Source: Ranitomeya imitator (lineage: Eukaryota). From it: a DNA stretch of 64,000 nucleotides. The notes beneath the pieces were generated by a model that saw only the letters and a program-made list of their open reading frames with translations, was not told the DNA's origin and did no database searches. The first letter of the stretch is position 1; every line of letters starts with the position of its first letter. Both the position numbers and the translations under genes were made by a program. The stretch is taken from NCBI RefSeq assembly GCF_032444005.1, contig NC_091283.1:105772001-105836000 (forward strand), given 5' to 3'. Below, in pieces: positions 25,403-39,509 of the stretch.

Positions 25403-26598
25403 TCTACTATATAATTGTCTAAGGGTCACTTCCGTCTTTCTGTCTGTCCTTCTGTCTGTCTTTCTGTCACAGATATTCATTGGTCGCAGCCTCTGTCTGT
25501 CATGGAAATCCAAGTCGCTGATTGGTCGCGGCAAAGCAGCCACGACCAATCAGCGACGGGCACAGTCTGGAAGAAAATGGCCGTTCCTTACTCCCCGCAG
25601 TCAGTGCCCGGTGCCCGCATACTCCCCTCCAGTCACCACTCACACAGGGTTAATGTCGGCGGGTAACGCACTCCGTAACTGCTGCTAATAACCCTGTGCG
25701 TCCCCAACATTTTACTATTGATACTGCCTATGCGGCATCAATAGTAAAAAAATACAATGTTAAAAATAATAAAAAAAACAAAAAAACTGCTATTCTCACC
25801 CTCTGTAGTATGACGATGTGCTCGTGCCGGCCGCCATCTTCTGTTCCCGGCGATGCATTGCGAAATTACCCAGAAGAAGTCATCTGGGTAATTTCGCAAT
25901 GCATCCTGGTTATGGAAGATGGCGGCAGCCGGGTGCGTATCGCCGGAGCTTCGCTGGATCCCAGGGGTGAGTTTATAACTATTTTTTATTTTAATTATTT
26001 TTTTTAACAGGGATCTGGTGCCCACACTGCTGTATACTACGTGGGCTGTGTTAGATACCGAGTGGCTGCTATATACTACATAGGCCGTGTTATATACTAT
26101 GTGGACTGTGTGATATACTCCGTGGGCTGTGCTATATACTGCGTAGGCTGTGCTATATATTACGTGGCCACTGTTATATACTGCGTGGGCAGTGTTATAT
26201 ACTACGTGGCTGCTATATAGTGCGTGGGCTGTGCTATATATTACGTGGCCAGTGTTATATACTGCGTGGCCTGTGTTATATATTATGTCGCCAGTGTTAT
26301 ATACTGCGTGGCTGCCATATACTGCGTGGGCTGTGTTATATAGTACGTGGCTGTGCTATATACTGCGTGGCCACTGTTATATATTGCGTGGCCTGTATTA
26401 ACGCATCAGGTATTCTACAATATGTATGTATATAGCAGCCACATAGTATATAGCACAGGCCACGTAGTATTTGTCTGCTATATACTACATGGCTCCTATA
26501 TACTACGTGGCCTGTGCTATATAGTATGTGGCTGCTATATACATACATAAATACATATTCTAGAATACCCGACGCATTAGAATCGGGCCACCATCTAG
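25403..26598 (+). mobile_element. Non-autonomous Helitron with internal minisatellite
   Basis: A|TCTACTATATAA...CCCGACGCATTAGAATCGGG hairpin (26568-26587)...CATCTAG|T. Confidence 0.85.
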
Positions 26599-26844
26599 TT
26601 TTTTAATAAAACCTTTATGCAAAAAAATTATACTGTAGCTTGTAACAAAAAAAGCATTGAAAGTTATTCTGTTCGAAGTAGTAAATTATTAAGATCAATG
26701 AAGTGTACAGATTTAGAAGAAGATTAATGTTCTTGCATATTATTTCCTTTTATTTTCATTTAGTCGATAGTGCTGTAGCTCTCCCTGCACAATGACACTA
26801 CGGCGCGTAACGTCCTGGCAGATAATGACAATGGCTCCACTTAC

Positions 26845-27037
26845 TCTGTGTTTGGCTCTTAGGATCGATTTTGTTGTTCATATTGTTTTCAATTGCAAAA
26901 ACTCCCAGTCTTTAAAGAACTGCAATAATTGATGGCGTTTAACCGACTGGTTGCTAAATCTGTATCGATCTTCACAAAAAAATCGAACTCATGTCATGCA
27001 GGCTGTCACTGTCGGTCGAGTTCTGCTCGGTCTTTAG
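26845..27037 (-). other. Candidate host exon (193 nt)
   Basis: TTTTACTTTTTCAG acceptor and GTAAGT donor in non-repeat-looking sequence; ATG at 26881 gives MNNKIDPKSQTQ up to the donor. Splice motifs only. Confidence 0.3.
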
Positions 27038-27205
27038 CTGAAAAAGTAAAATGATTACTTGGCATTTTACTGCTATTTTTCATGATACAATGAAGGGAAG
27101 CTTCCCAGTTCGCACATGTCAGATGATGGCTGTGCTTTACATCCGGCATCTGTGTGTAACGGCAGCGATCAGAGCTACATCCGATTACTGTTGTTTGATC
27201 TTAAT

Positions 27206-27516
27206 TAGTGATGAGCGAATATACTCAGTACTCGAGATTTCTCGAGCACGCTCGGGAGTCATCCGAGTATTTTTTAGTGCTCGGAGATTTAGTTTTCTGC
27301 GCCGCAGCTGAATGATTTACATCTGTTAGCCAGCATAAGTATATGTGGGGGTTGCCTGGTTGCTAGGGAATCCCCACATGTACTTATGCTGGCTAACAGA
27401 TGTAAATCATTCAGCTGCGGCACAGAAAACTAAATCTCCGAGTACTTACAAATACTCGGAGGACACCCGAGCGTGCTCGGAAAATCTCGAGTACCGAGTA
27501 TATTCGTTCATCACTA
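27206..27516. mobile_element. hAT MITE (311 bp)
   Basis: TIR TAGTGATGAGCGAATATACTC / GAGTATATTCGTTCATCACTA; 8-bp TSD ATCTTAAT. Confidence 0.9.
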
Positions 27517-28079
27517 ATCTTAATACCATTATCAAACACCAATATCACTGCATTTAATTGGAGTGATGTACCATTTCCTATCAACCCCCTGCAATGCGAT
27601 CTCAGGGTGTCGATAGGTTATCATGGCAACCATGGGCCTGCCAAAGGCGTCCATGGCTACCATCTTGCTATTCCAGGGAAATCCAGCCACAGTAAATGCT
27701 GCAATATTGAAGCATTGCAAAATATAAAACAGACAAACAATCAAAGGAATGATTGCAGGTTCCATTCCCCTAAGGGGATTAAGAAAAAATGAAAAAAAAA
27801 AAAAAAGTTGATAAAATCTAACAAAAAATAAAATAAAAAAATGTACAAAATTTGAAACATCCTTTTTTTCCAGTTTAAAATAAAAATCAAAAAAGCATAT
27901 TTGGTGTCACTGCAGCTGTAAAGGTAAAGAATCCATACCATAGACTCCATAAAGAGAAAAAAAAACATGCAGATACTAGAATTTCAGATTTAGGTTGCAT
28001 GCCATAACAAATAATTGAAACAATTACACGTCCCAAAATAGTTTCAAAAACACCAGCCTGCCATGCAAAAGGCATCTGA

Positions 28080-28456
28080 GGGTATGTGCACACGATGCGG
28101 AAAACGCTGCGGATCCGCAGTGCTTCCACAGCAGTTTCCCATGAGTTTACATTACAATGTAAACCTATGGGAAACAAAAAACGCTGTGCACATGCTGCAG
28201 AAAAAAATCGCGGAAACACAGCGGTTTACATTCCACATCATGTCACTTCTTTCTGCAGATTCCGCAGCGGTTTTACAGCTGCTCCTATGGAAAACTGCAG
28301 TTGTAAAACCGCAGTGAAAACTGCAGAAAATCCATGGTAAATCTGCGGTAAATCCGTGATAAATCTGCAGCAAAAGCGCAGCGTTTTTGCCCTGCAGATT
28401 TATCAAATCCGCTGCGGAAAAATCCGCAGTGGGCCAGAATACATATGCACATAGCC
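28080..28456. mobile_element. PIF/Harbinger-type MITE, diverged
   Basis: Imperfect TIR GGGTATGTGCACA / TGCACATAGCC; TGA/TAA flanks; internal GCGGA/CCGCAG repeats. Confidence 0.6.
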
Positions 28457-30873
28457 TAACAGTTCCATTGCTAGAAATATGAGACAGAAATCTCAGAAAA
28501 TGTTGATAAATTTGTATTTTTTGCACAGTTATGCATTATGAAAGTTACTAATATAATTTAAAAAAAACTATACAAGCTTGGTATCTCCATATTCATACTG
28601 ACTTGAAGAATATGTTGAACAACATTATTTTGAGATATAAATGAAATCTTTAATAAAAAAGTATTTAACTATGGAATAATGAAAATTAAGTAACTATAGC
28701 TTTATTAAATTACTATTTTTAAAAATAGTAAGAATAAAACAGAAATTGTCTCTGGTAGGGGCATGGAATGTACCTGGAAAATACCCTGTAGAAATAAGAA
28801 ACAAATAGCATTGCATAGAAACATATGGAGAAGAAAATTTGTAAATGTGCCAGTGCAAAGTATAGAAAATGTCCTCCTCCTATTGTTATCTAGAGTAATA
28901 TGCACTGAATAGATAATAGTACCCAATGCTACCTATATATAAATTAATTATTCTATAGGTGTAAATAATTCTTAGGGCAGAGAAACACTGCCGTATTTCT
29001 CGTGGGAGAATCGCATCGTAAAACCCGTACTGGCTGTTGGCTCTCCAGACCTGAGCCTGACAGCTGCCTAGTAATCCATCATGCTGCCATGCTAGGGTCA
29101 GGAGAGGTACCGATGCGATGCGGCAATGTCTCTGCCCATAATAATAAAATCACCTCTGATGGGAATATGTCCAGCTCTGTGTCCCTACACCCTGACGCGT
29201 GTTTCGCCTTGCTTCTTCCATAGACACGGAGAGTGGCATATTCCCATTTTTCATTATTCCATAGTTCACTTCTTTTTTTAAAATTTGTTTTATGTCTTAA
29301 AATAACATTGTTCCATGGTAAGTTTGAAGTTGTATGTAACTTTATCAGGACACTATTAACAACTGAAGAATATATTGTCATGTCATTTTTACCATACACT
29401 GAATTTTATACAAACTAAACCCAAAAAACAATGGCGGAATTGCATTTTTGTTTTTCACCAATTAATTCTACTTGGATTTTGTCTGACTTGTCAGTACATT
29501 ATATGGTAAAATGAATCATGCCATTCATAACTCCAACTTGTCCTCCCAAAAACACACTCTCATTTGGCTACATTGAAGAAATGAAAATAGTACCTAAAAA
29601 CCAAAGCATAAAATGAAAAATTATTAATATAGGAGAGAATATATAGAAAGCATTAATAATGGTGGAATTCAACATTTCTAAGTACTAAAACAGTTAATTA
29701 AGTTCTTTAAATTGAAGAATATTCATAATTTCAAGAAGACATATATCTTTCTCGGCACCATCTACGGTAATTCTTCCGAAAGAAGTTCAGTATAAAGGAT
29801 ACTTCTAATTTTTACTACAGTAGATAAGACTGTGTCCACATCCCTTTACATTCAATTAACTTTTTGAAGCATAGGCTCCAGAAGTTTGTTTGTGTGTGTA
29901 TATATATTTACATATATTTATATATTATGTTTTTGATTGAAAATTGTTGCACTTCCCACTACAGTTGAGACGAATGTAAACTGTTGTTTACCAGCTAAAT
30001 CTATACAACGACACACTTTTGACATGCATTTGGCTGATAATAGCCTAAGGGTCCTTGGTTACAAGAGACAAACGTGAGCACATTTAATAGAAAATTGTGC
30101 TTGATGGCATACTGCAAAGTGACAGCCAAATCCAAGTACAGCGACAAGCTGCTATAATAATCATATCCCTTACACTAAAACAGTCACTACATATTAATTA
30201 CACATGGAATTTTCTAAAAAACAAAATCACATATCATGGCTTTATGATAATGATACAGTAGGAATTTACATTGTATACACAGATCGTCGCATTACACAGC
30301 ATTATGAGCAAATATCACACAACTTTAGTAGACGTTAGGGGGTTACCTATGGTATCCTAGCCCCATATAATCTTTTCATCAGTTTTTTTCATTGAAACAT
30401 ATATTTTAATTTCTTATAATGAGGTTTTATAGTTTGCATGTGTATATACAGTACATGTGTAATTACATATATAGTAGCTAAGCCAGGTAGGCTCGGGTTC
30501 AATCCTAGCGTCCCAGCACTAGAGGCTCTGAATGGGTGCACCTGGCTATCTCTACATATTTCCAGGCTAGGTGTTCACCTTCATCAGTCAGCTGTGGGAA
30601 GCTGAGCAGACCAGATTGTGTTGGAGCTAAAGAAAGACAAGCAAAACTCTCTCTATCAGAAAAGTCTGTAAAGGCCGTGTGCATGAAACTGCAAGTATCA
30701 GTGGTTTGCTATGGATGATAGCTGTTCTGTGGGACCAAACTGGTACTAGCTCAGTGGTGTCTGAAGTAGCCAGGGTCTATATTGTTTAGTTGGTGTCTAG
30801 ACAAAGATTTATGGTTTTGTTTTCAGTGCTGTGCTACCTGTGGAAATGAAACTGATGAGCATGAATAGCTACA

Positions 30874-30966
<93 letters not shown>
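30874..30966. repeat. (TA)n microsatellite at the Tc1 insertion site
   Basis: Direct reading of the sequence. Confidence 0.95.
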
Positions 30967-30970
<4 letters not shown>

Positions 30971-31629
30971 AGACCAAAAGTTTGGACACATCTCATTTAA
31001 CCCCTTTACCCCCAAGGGTGGTTTGCACGTTAATGACCAGGCCAATTTTTACAATTCTGACCACTGTCCCTTTATGAGGTTATAACTCCGAAACGCTTCA
31101 ACGGATCCTGGTGATTCTGACATTGTTTTCTCATGACATATTGTACTTCATGATAGTGGTAAAATTTCTTTGATAGTACCTGCGTTTATTTGTGAAAAAA
31201 ACGGAAATTTGGCGAAAATTTTGAAAATTTCGCAATTTTCAAACTTTGAATTTTTATGCAATTAAATCACAGAGATATGTCACACAAAATACTTAATAAG
31301 TAACATTTCCCACATGTCTCCTTTACATCAGCATAATTTTGGAACCAATTTTTTTTTTTGTTAGGGAGTTATAAGGGTTAAAAGTTGACCAGCAATTTCT
31401 CATTTTTACAACACCATTTTTTTTTAGGGACCACGTCTCATTTGAAGTCATTTTGAGGGGTCTATATGATAGAAAATGCCCAAGTGTGACACCATTCTAA
31501 AAACTGCACCCCTCAAGGTGCTCAAAACCACATTCAAGAAGTTTATTAACCCTTCAGGTGTTTAATAGGAATTTTTGGAATGTTTAAATAAAAATGAACA
31601 TTTAACTTTTTTACACAAAAAATTTACTT

Positions 31630-33830
31630 CAGCTCCAATTTGTTTTATTTTACCAAGGGTAACAGGAGAAATTGGACCCAAAAAGTTGTTGTCCAATTTG
31701 TCCTGAGTACGCTGATACCCCATATGTGGCAGTAAACCACTGTTTTGGCGCATGGGAGAGCTCGGAAGGGAAGGAGCGCTATTTGACTTTTCAATGCAAA
31801 ATTGACAGGAATTGAGATGGGACGCCATGTTGCGTTTGGAGAGCCACTGATGTGCCTAAACATTGAAACCCCCCACAAGTGACACCATTTTGGAAAGTAG
31901 ACCCCCTAAGGAACTTATCTGGATGTGTGGTGAGCACTTTGACCCACCAAGTGCTTCACAGAAGTTTATAATGCAGAACCGTAAAAATAAAAAATCATAT
32001 TTTTTCACAAAAATTATATTTTTGCCCCCAATTTTTTATTTTTCCAAGGGTAAGAGAAGAAATTGGACCTCAAAAGTTGTTGTCCAATTTGTCCTGAGTA
32101 CGCTGATACCCCATATGTGGCAGTAAACCACTGTTTGGGTGCATGGGAGAGCTCGGAAGGGAAGGAGCGCAGTTTGACTTTTCAATGCAAAATTGACAGA
32201 AATTGAGATGGGACGCCATGTTGCGTTTGGAGAGCCACTGATGTGCCTAAACATTGAAACCCCCCACAAGTGACACCATTTTGGAAAGTAGACCCCCTAA
32301 GGAACTTATCTAGAGGTGTGGTGAGCACTTTGACCCACCAAGTGCTTCACAGAAGTTTATAATGCAGAACCGTAAAAATAAAAAATCATATTTTTTCACA
32401 AAAATTATATTTTTGCCCCCAATTTTTTATTTTTCCAAGGGTAAGAGAAGAAATTGGACCTCAAAAGTTGTTGTCCAATTTGTCCCGAGTACGCTGATAC
32501 CCCATATGTGGCAGTAAACCACTGTTTGGGCGCATGGGAGAGCTCGGAAGGGAAGGAGCGCCGTTTGACTTTTCAATGCAAAATTGACAGGAATTGAGAT
32601 GGAACGCCATGTTGCGTTTGGAGAGCCACTGATGTGCCTAAACATTGAAACCCCCCACAAGTGACACCATTTTGGAAAGTAGACCCCCTAAGGAACTTAT
32701 CTGGATGTGTGGTGAGCACTTTGACCCACCAAGGGCTTCACAGAAGTTTATAATGCAGAGCCATAAAAATAAAACAAAATTTTTTCCCCACAAAAATTAT
32801 TTTTTAGCCCCCAGTTTTGTATTTTCCCTAGGGTAACAGGAGAAATTGGACCCCAAAAGTTGTTGTCCAATTTGTCCTGAGTACGCTGATACCCCATATG
32901 TGGGGGGGAACCACCGTTTGGGCGCATGGGAGGGTTCGGAAGGGAAGGAGCGCCATTTGGAATGCAGACTTAGATGGAATGGTCTGCAGGCGTCACATTG
33001 CGTTTGCAGAGCCCCTAATGTACCTAAACAGTAGAAACCCCCCACAAGTGACACCATTTTGGAAAGTAGACCCCCTAAGGAACTCATCTTGATGTGTTGT
33101 GAGAGCTTTGAACCCCCAAGTATTTCACTACAGTTTATAACGCAGAGCCATGCAAATGAAAAATATTTTTTTTTCCACAAAAATTATATTTTAGCCCCCA
33201 GTTTTGTATTTTTCCAAGGTTAGCAGGAGAAATTGGACCCTAAATGTTGTTGTCCAATTTGTCCTGAGTACGCTGATACCCGATATGTGGGGGGGAACCA
33301 CCGTTTGGGCGCATGGGAGGGCTCGGAAGGGAAGGAGCATCATTTGGAATGCAGACTTAGATGGATTGGTCTGCAGGCGTCACATTGCGTTTGCAGAGCC
33401 CCTAATGTACCTAAACAGTAGAAACCCCCCACAAGTGACCCCATATTGGAAACTAGACCCCTCAATGAACTTATCTAGATGTGTTGTGAGAACTTTGAAC
33501 CCCCAAGTGTTTCACTACAGTTTATAACGCAGAGCCGTGAAAATAAAAAATCTTTTTGTTTTCCCACAAAAATTATTTTTTAGCCCCCAGTTTTGTATTT
33601 TCCCAAGGGTAACAGGAGAAATTGGTCCACAAAAGTTGTTGTCCAATTTGTCCTGAGTACGCTGATACCCCATATGTTGGGGTTAACCCCTGTTTGGGCA
33701 CACAGGAGAGCTCGGAAGGGAAGGAGCACTGTTTTACTTTTTCAACGCAGAATTGGCTGGAATTGAGATCGGACGCCATGTCGTGTTTGGAGAGCCCCTG
33801 ATGTGCCGAAACAGTGGAAACCCCCCAATT
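31630..33830. repeat. ~390-bp tandem array, ~6 copies
   Basis: AATTGGACC...GTTGTCCAATTTGTCCTGAGTACGCTGATACCC recurs every 387-393 bp. Confidence 0.92.
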
Positions 33831-33834
33831 ATAA

Positions 33835-34205
33835 CTGAAACCCCAATCTAAACACACCCCTAACCCTAATTCCAACGGTAACCCTAACCACACCTCTAAC
33901 CCTGACACACCCCTAACCCTAATCCCAACCCTATTCCCAACTGTAAATGTAATCTAAACCCTAACCCTAACTTTAGCCCCAACCCTAACTNNNNNNNNNN
34001 NNNNNNNNNNNNNNNNNNNNNNNNNNNNNNNNNNNNNNNNNNNNNNNNNNNNNNNNNNNNNNNNNNNNNNNNNNNNNNNNNNNNNNNNNNNNNNNNNNNN
34101 NNNNNNNNNNNNNNNNNNNNNNNNNNNNNNNNNNNNNNNNNNNNNNNNNNNNNNNNNNNNNNNNNNNNNNNNNNNNNNNNNNNNNNNNNNAACCCTAGCC
34201 CTAAC
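33835..34205. repeat. Degenerate (CCCTAA)n telomere-like tract flanking a 200-N gap (33991-34190)
   Basis: CCCTAACCCTAA variants on both sides of the gap. Confidence 0.8.
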
Positions 34206-37139
34206 GGGAAAATGGAAATAAATACATTTTTTTTTATTTTTCCCTAACTAAGGGGGTGATGAAGGGGGGTTTGATTTTCTTTTATAGTGAGTTTTTTAGC
34301 GGATTTTTATGATTGGCAGCCGTCACACACTGAAAGACCCTTTTTATTGCAAAAAATATTTTTTGCAATACCACATTTTGAGAGCTATAATTTTTCCATA
34401 TTTTGGTCCACAGAGTCATATGAGGTCTTGTTTTTTGCGGGACGAGTTGACGTTTTTATTGAAAACATTTTTGGGCACGTGACATTTTTTTTATCGCTTT
34501 TTATTCCGATTTTTGTGAGGAAGAATGACCAAAAGCCAGCTATTCATGAATTTCTATTGGGGGAGGCGTTTATACCGTTCCGCGTTTGGTAAAATTGATA
34601 AATCAGTTTTATTCTTCGGGTCAGTACGATTACAGCGATACCTCATTTATATCATTTTTTTATGGTTTGGTGCTTTTATACGATAAAAACTATTTTACAG
34701 AAAAAATAATTATTTTTGCATCGCTTTATTCTCAGGACTATAACTTTTTTATTTTTTTGCTGATGATGCTGTATGGCGGCTCTTTTTTTGCGGGACAATA
34801 TGACGCTTTCAGCGGTACCATGGTTATTTATATCTGTCCTTTTGATCGCGTGTTATTCCACTTTTTGTTCGGCGGTATGATAATAAAGCGTTGTTTTTTG
34901 CCTCGTTTTTTTTTTTTTCTTCTTACGGTGTTTACTGAAGGGGTTAACTAGTGGGACAGTTTTATAGGTTGGGTCGTTACGGACGCGGCGATACTAAATA
35001 TGTGTACTTTTATTGTTTTTTTTTTTTTATTTAGATGAAGAAATGTATTTATGGGAATAATATTTTTTTTTTTTTTTCATTATTTTGGAATATTTTTTTT
35101 AATTTTTTTTACACATTTGGAAAATTTTTTTTTTACTTTTTTACTTTGTCCCAGGGGGGGACATCACAGATCAGTGATCTGACAGTTTGCACAGCACTCT
35201 GTCAGATCACTGATCTGACATGCAGCGCTGCAGCCTTCACAGTGCCTGCTCTGAGCAGGCTCTGTGAAGCCACCTCCCTCCCTGCAGGACCCGGATCCGC
35301 GGCCATCTTGGATCCGGGGCTCGAGCAGGGAGGGAGGTGAGGAGACCCTCGCAGCAACGCGATCACATCGCGTTGCTGCGGGGGGCTCAGGGAAGCCCGC
35401 AGGGAGCCCCCTCCCTGCGCGGTGCTTCCCTGCACCGCCGGCACATCGCGATCATCTTTGATCGCGGTGTGCCAGGGGTTAATGTGCCGGGGGCGGTCCG
35501 TGACCGCTCCTGGCACATAGTGCCGGATGTCAGCTGCGATAAGCAGCTGACACCCGGCCGCGATCGGCCGCGCTCCCCCCGTGAGCGCGGCCGATCGGCT
35601 ATGACGTACTATCCCGTCCAGGGTCAGATAAGCCCAGGGCACCTCGACGGGATAGTACGTCTAAGGTCACAGAGGGGTTAAAGATTTTTCTGTATTTTCA
35701 TGACTATGTAAATTGTACATTCACACTGAAGGCATCAAAACTATGAATTAACACATGTGAAATTATATACTTGACAAAAAAGTGTGAAACAACTGAAATT
35801 ATGTTTTATATTCTAGGTTCTTCAAAGTAGCCACCTTTTGCTTTGATGACTGCTTTGCACACTCTTGGCATTCTCTTGAGGAGCTTCAAGAGGTAGTCTC
35901 CAGGAATGGTTTTCACTAGAGTTGAGCGACCTTGACCTTTTTAGAGTCGAGCCGGGTTTCGCGAAACCCGACTATCTCAAAAGTCGGGTCGAGTGAAATC
36001 GGCCGATTATGACGTAAAGTCGGGATCGACCGAAACACGAAACCCAATGCAAGTCAATGGGGCAGCATAGTCGGCAGTGAGTGGGGGCCAGGAAAACACC
36101 TAGAGTGCCCATTTTAATGTCAAAACCATCCATTCTTCTTAATGAAGCTTGTCAAGCGTAATTTACCTTATAATAATTGGAAGGCATTTGAAATTGGGGG
36201 TCATTTGGCTAAAGTTGTGGTGGGTAGGGCTGGTTCAAGTAATTAGTGGGCCCAGGAAATCTGGACCACGTCACGGCAGTGGAGCAGGGAGAGGTAAGTA
36301 TTTCAACTTTGCAAGTGCTGTGAACCTGAGCAAGCAGGGGGGGCCCACTCGTTGGCATTGGCACTGGCACAGGGCCCCTCAAAGTACAGCGGTGTGTTTG
36401 CACGGCGGGGGCGCCTCCCACCGGCAGCAACACTTTTGCGTACCATGAGAGGCCCTGTGCCAGTGACGTCGCCAACTAGTATTCCTCCCCCCACCTGATG
36501 AAGGAACCTGCACTTTCATCTGCACCTTCCTGTTTGTCCCCGTGTAAGGTGGTATGGTATGCGGGAAGGGGGACCTGACTTTCAGCAGGGTCACAATCTT
36601 GCAGTGTAGCGTGCACGGGAAATGTTGCGTTATGGGTCAATGTACCAGCAGACTCATCTATCACTGGCTGGGCAATGGGCAGGATGAGGAGGAAACACAG
36701 ATATAGGCCCAAAGAATAAAGTGGGCTAAATGCAGTTCAAAATTGGTAACACAGGACTAATCAGGGGGCATTGCAGTGGAGGACAACTGGAATGAGAGGC
36801 TGACACAGAGAGTAGGCCCAAATCAGTAAGTAGTCGAAATGCAGTTCAAAATTGGCAACAGTAGTAAACAGGCGGCACAGCTTTGTTCAGTGGAGGAGAA
36901 CAGCAAGGAGTGGCAGACACCGATAGTAGGCCCCAACCCAACTAGTAGGCCAAATGCAGTCTAACATTAACAACTACTTAATGAGCGCCTGAAAACGGAA
37001 TTTCAGGACAGGAAACCAGGAGAACAGCAAGGAGCGGCAGACACCGATAGTAGGCCCCAAACCAACTAGTACGCCAAATGCAGTTGTTCCGTTTAACCAC
37101 AATTTAATGAGAGCCTGAAGATAGAAGTTCAGGAAAGGC

Positions 37140-38395
37140 AACCTGGAGAACACCTTGGAGTGGAACACACCATCTCTCTACACCCCATACCCAATTTGTA
37201 GGTCTAATGCAGCGTAGTTTCCAACAACTACTAAACGAGAGCATGATGATCGAAGCATTGGCGAGGAAACCTGGGGAACACCTTGGAGTGGAACACACCA
37301 TCTCTCTACAGTGGAACACACCATCTCTCTACACCCCATACCCAATTTGTAGGCCTAATGCAGCGTAGTTTCCAACAACTACTAAACGAGAGCCGGAAGA
37401 TCGAAGCAATGGAGAGGAAACCTGGGGAACACCTTGGAGTGTAACACACCATCTCTCTACACCCCATACCCAATTTGTAGGCCTAATGCAGCGTAGTTTC
37501 CAACAACTACTAAACGAGAGCCGGAAGATCGAAGCAGTGGAGAGGAAACCTGGGGAACACCTTGGAGTGTAACACACCATCTCTCTACACCCCATACCCA
37601 ATTTGTAGGCCTAATGCAGCGTAGTTTCCAACAACTACTAAACGAGAGCCGGAAGATCGAAGCAATGGAGAGGAAACCTGGGGAACACCTTGGAGTGTAA
37701 CACACCATCTCTCTACACCCCATACCCAATTTGTAGGCCTAATGCAGCGTAGTTTCCAACAACTACTAAACGAGAGCCGGAAGATCGAAGCAATGGAGAG
37801 GAAACCTGGGGAACACCTTGGAGTGTAACACACCATCTCTCTACACCCCATACCCAATTTGTAGGCCTAATGCAGCGTAGTTTCCAACAACTACTAAACG
37901 AGAGCATGAAGATCGAAGCAATGGAGAGGAAACCTGGGGAACACCTAGGAGTGTAACACACCATCTCTCTACACCCCATACCCAATTTGTAGGCCTAATG
38001 CAGCGTAGTTTCCAACAACTACTAAACGAGAGCATGAAGATCGAAGCAATGGAGAGGAAACCTGGGGAACACCTTGGAGTGGAACACACCATCTCTCTAC
38101 ACCCCATACCCAATTTGTAGGCCTAATGCAGCGTAGTTTCCAACAACTACTAAACGAGAGCATGATGATCGAAGCATTGGCGAGGAAACCTGGGGAACAC
38201 CTTGGAGTGGAACACACCATCTCTCTACAGTGGAACACACCATCTCTCTACACCCCATACCCAATTTGTAGGCCTAATGTAGCGTAGTTTCCAACAACTA
38301 CTAAACGAGAGCCGGAAGATCGAAGCTCAGGAAAGGCAACCTGGGGAACACCTTGGAGTGGAACACACCATCTCTCTACACCCCATACCCAATTT
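37140..38395. repeat. 128-bp tandem array inside the hAT (~10 copies; resumes at 47671-47790 after the PLE)
   Basis: CCCCATACCCAATTTGTAGGCCTAATGCAGCG recurs with a 128-bp period. Confidence 0.95.
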
Positions 38396-38753
38396 TACTT
38401 ACAGGGAGAAACAAGAGTTTTCTTGGGTAAACAGTAAAAGGTCAAAATTTATTGATAGTTCACATTACATATCATAAATAATTTTCAAAGAACAATCAGA
38501 TAAAGTGATACATGTGCAGATACAATACCGGGGTAACCAGGAATCACCGGTTGCATTTGCCCCTTAGTGCAAAATAATCCATTTAGACATAAAGTGCATG
38601 TGCATTAGGGTATAGCACCAGTAAGTAGCCTTGCCCAGAATCGATCTTATATATATAGTAACAAGGGGTCTATATAATATAGTACCCTACAGGGCCGGTA
38701 CACACTTACCACGGGCAAACGCTGAAGGGGACCTGGGGCGGGTGTAGAAAAAG

Positions 38754-38797
38754 CCCGACGCGCGTTTCGCGTCTCCAATAGAACGCTTTCTCAAGGG
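38754..38797 (-). ncRNA. Minimal type I hammerhead ribozyme motif (inverted copy)
   Basis: Reverse complement of 47178-47221. Confidence 0.65.
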
Positions 38798-39509
38798 AAG
38801 TGAGAATAACATATGCAGGAGGACCTTTTAAGGTCAAAGAGTGCATCACATGCCCATCAAGGGCCAATCAAAGGTGGCCGAATAGCGGCGCATGCGCACC
38901 GCGTGTCACAGGTCCTGGCAGTGCAAAGGAGCGTCAACGTTACTGCGCACGCGCGGGGAGTAAATAATAATCCCCAGGCGTGCGAGCAAGGTAATAAGAC
39001 GCGCCGTCGCTCAGCAGGAATCCCGGGCACTGGCGCGCATGCGCACAGCCACTATATCACCAACGTAAAGAGGAGAAACCTCTACATTGCACCGGAAGTG
39101 CAGAAAACGTATAGTACCAAGTACGGTACCTAAGAGAAATTGAACATATATATGACATCATAAGAACCACAATATATCAATAATTATATCACAGATCACA
39201 AGTAACACAGTAATCAAGTTTAGTTCGATCCAAAAAGTGGTTCTCAGTCCATCAATTTCACATGATATTGTCTTGTGCATCTTCCGGCAGTTGATAAGTA
39301 GCACAGATGGTGACAGTTAGTATCCTGAATCCAAAATAGATGAAAGAAGGGGCCACAGACTTTTGAGGTCCCACTGCAAGGTTATAAATGTAACAGAATT
39401 ACACAAAACATAAAAAGAAATTAAAAACAATAAAAACATAGACACCCTAACCAAATGTCCATAGGACCATGACAGGAGCAAAAACCAATAGAATATAAGG
39501 AATAGATAA

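Larger units (their letters stand above)
31001..35677. mobile_element. piggyBac-like non-autonomous element inserted in the Tc1 left TIR
   Basis: TTAA|CCCCT...AGGGG|TTAA (30997-31000, 35678-35681); Tc1 TIR rejoins across it; no transposase ORF; spans an N gap. Confidence 0.7.

Noticed and set aside
30480-30530. tRNA/SINE B-box-like GGTTCAATCC
   Set aside because: No convincing A box, cloverleaf or tail.
33835-34205. True chromosome end or fusion scar
   Set aside because: The tract is degenerate and embedded in a TTAA-bounded element with continuous Tc1 flanks.
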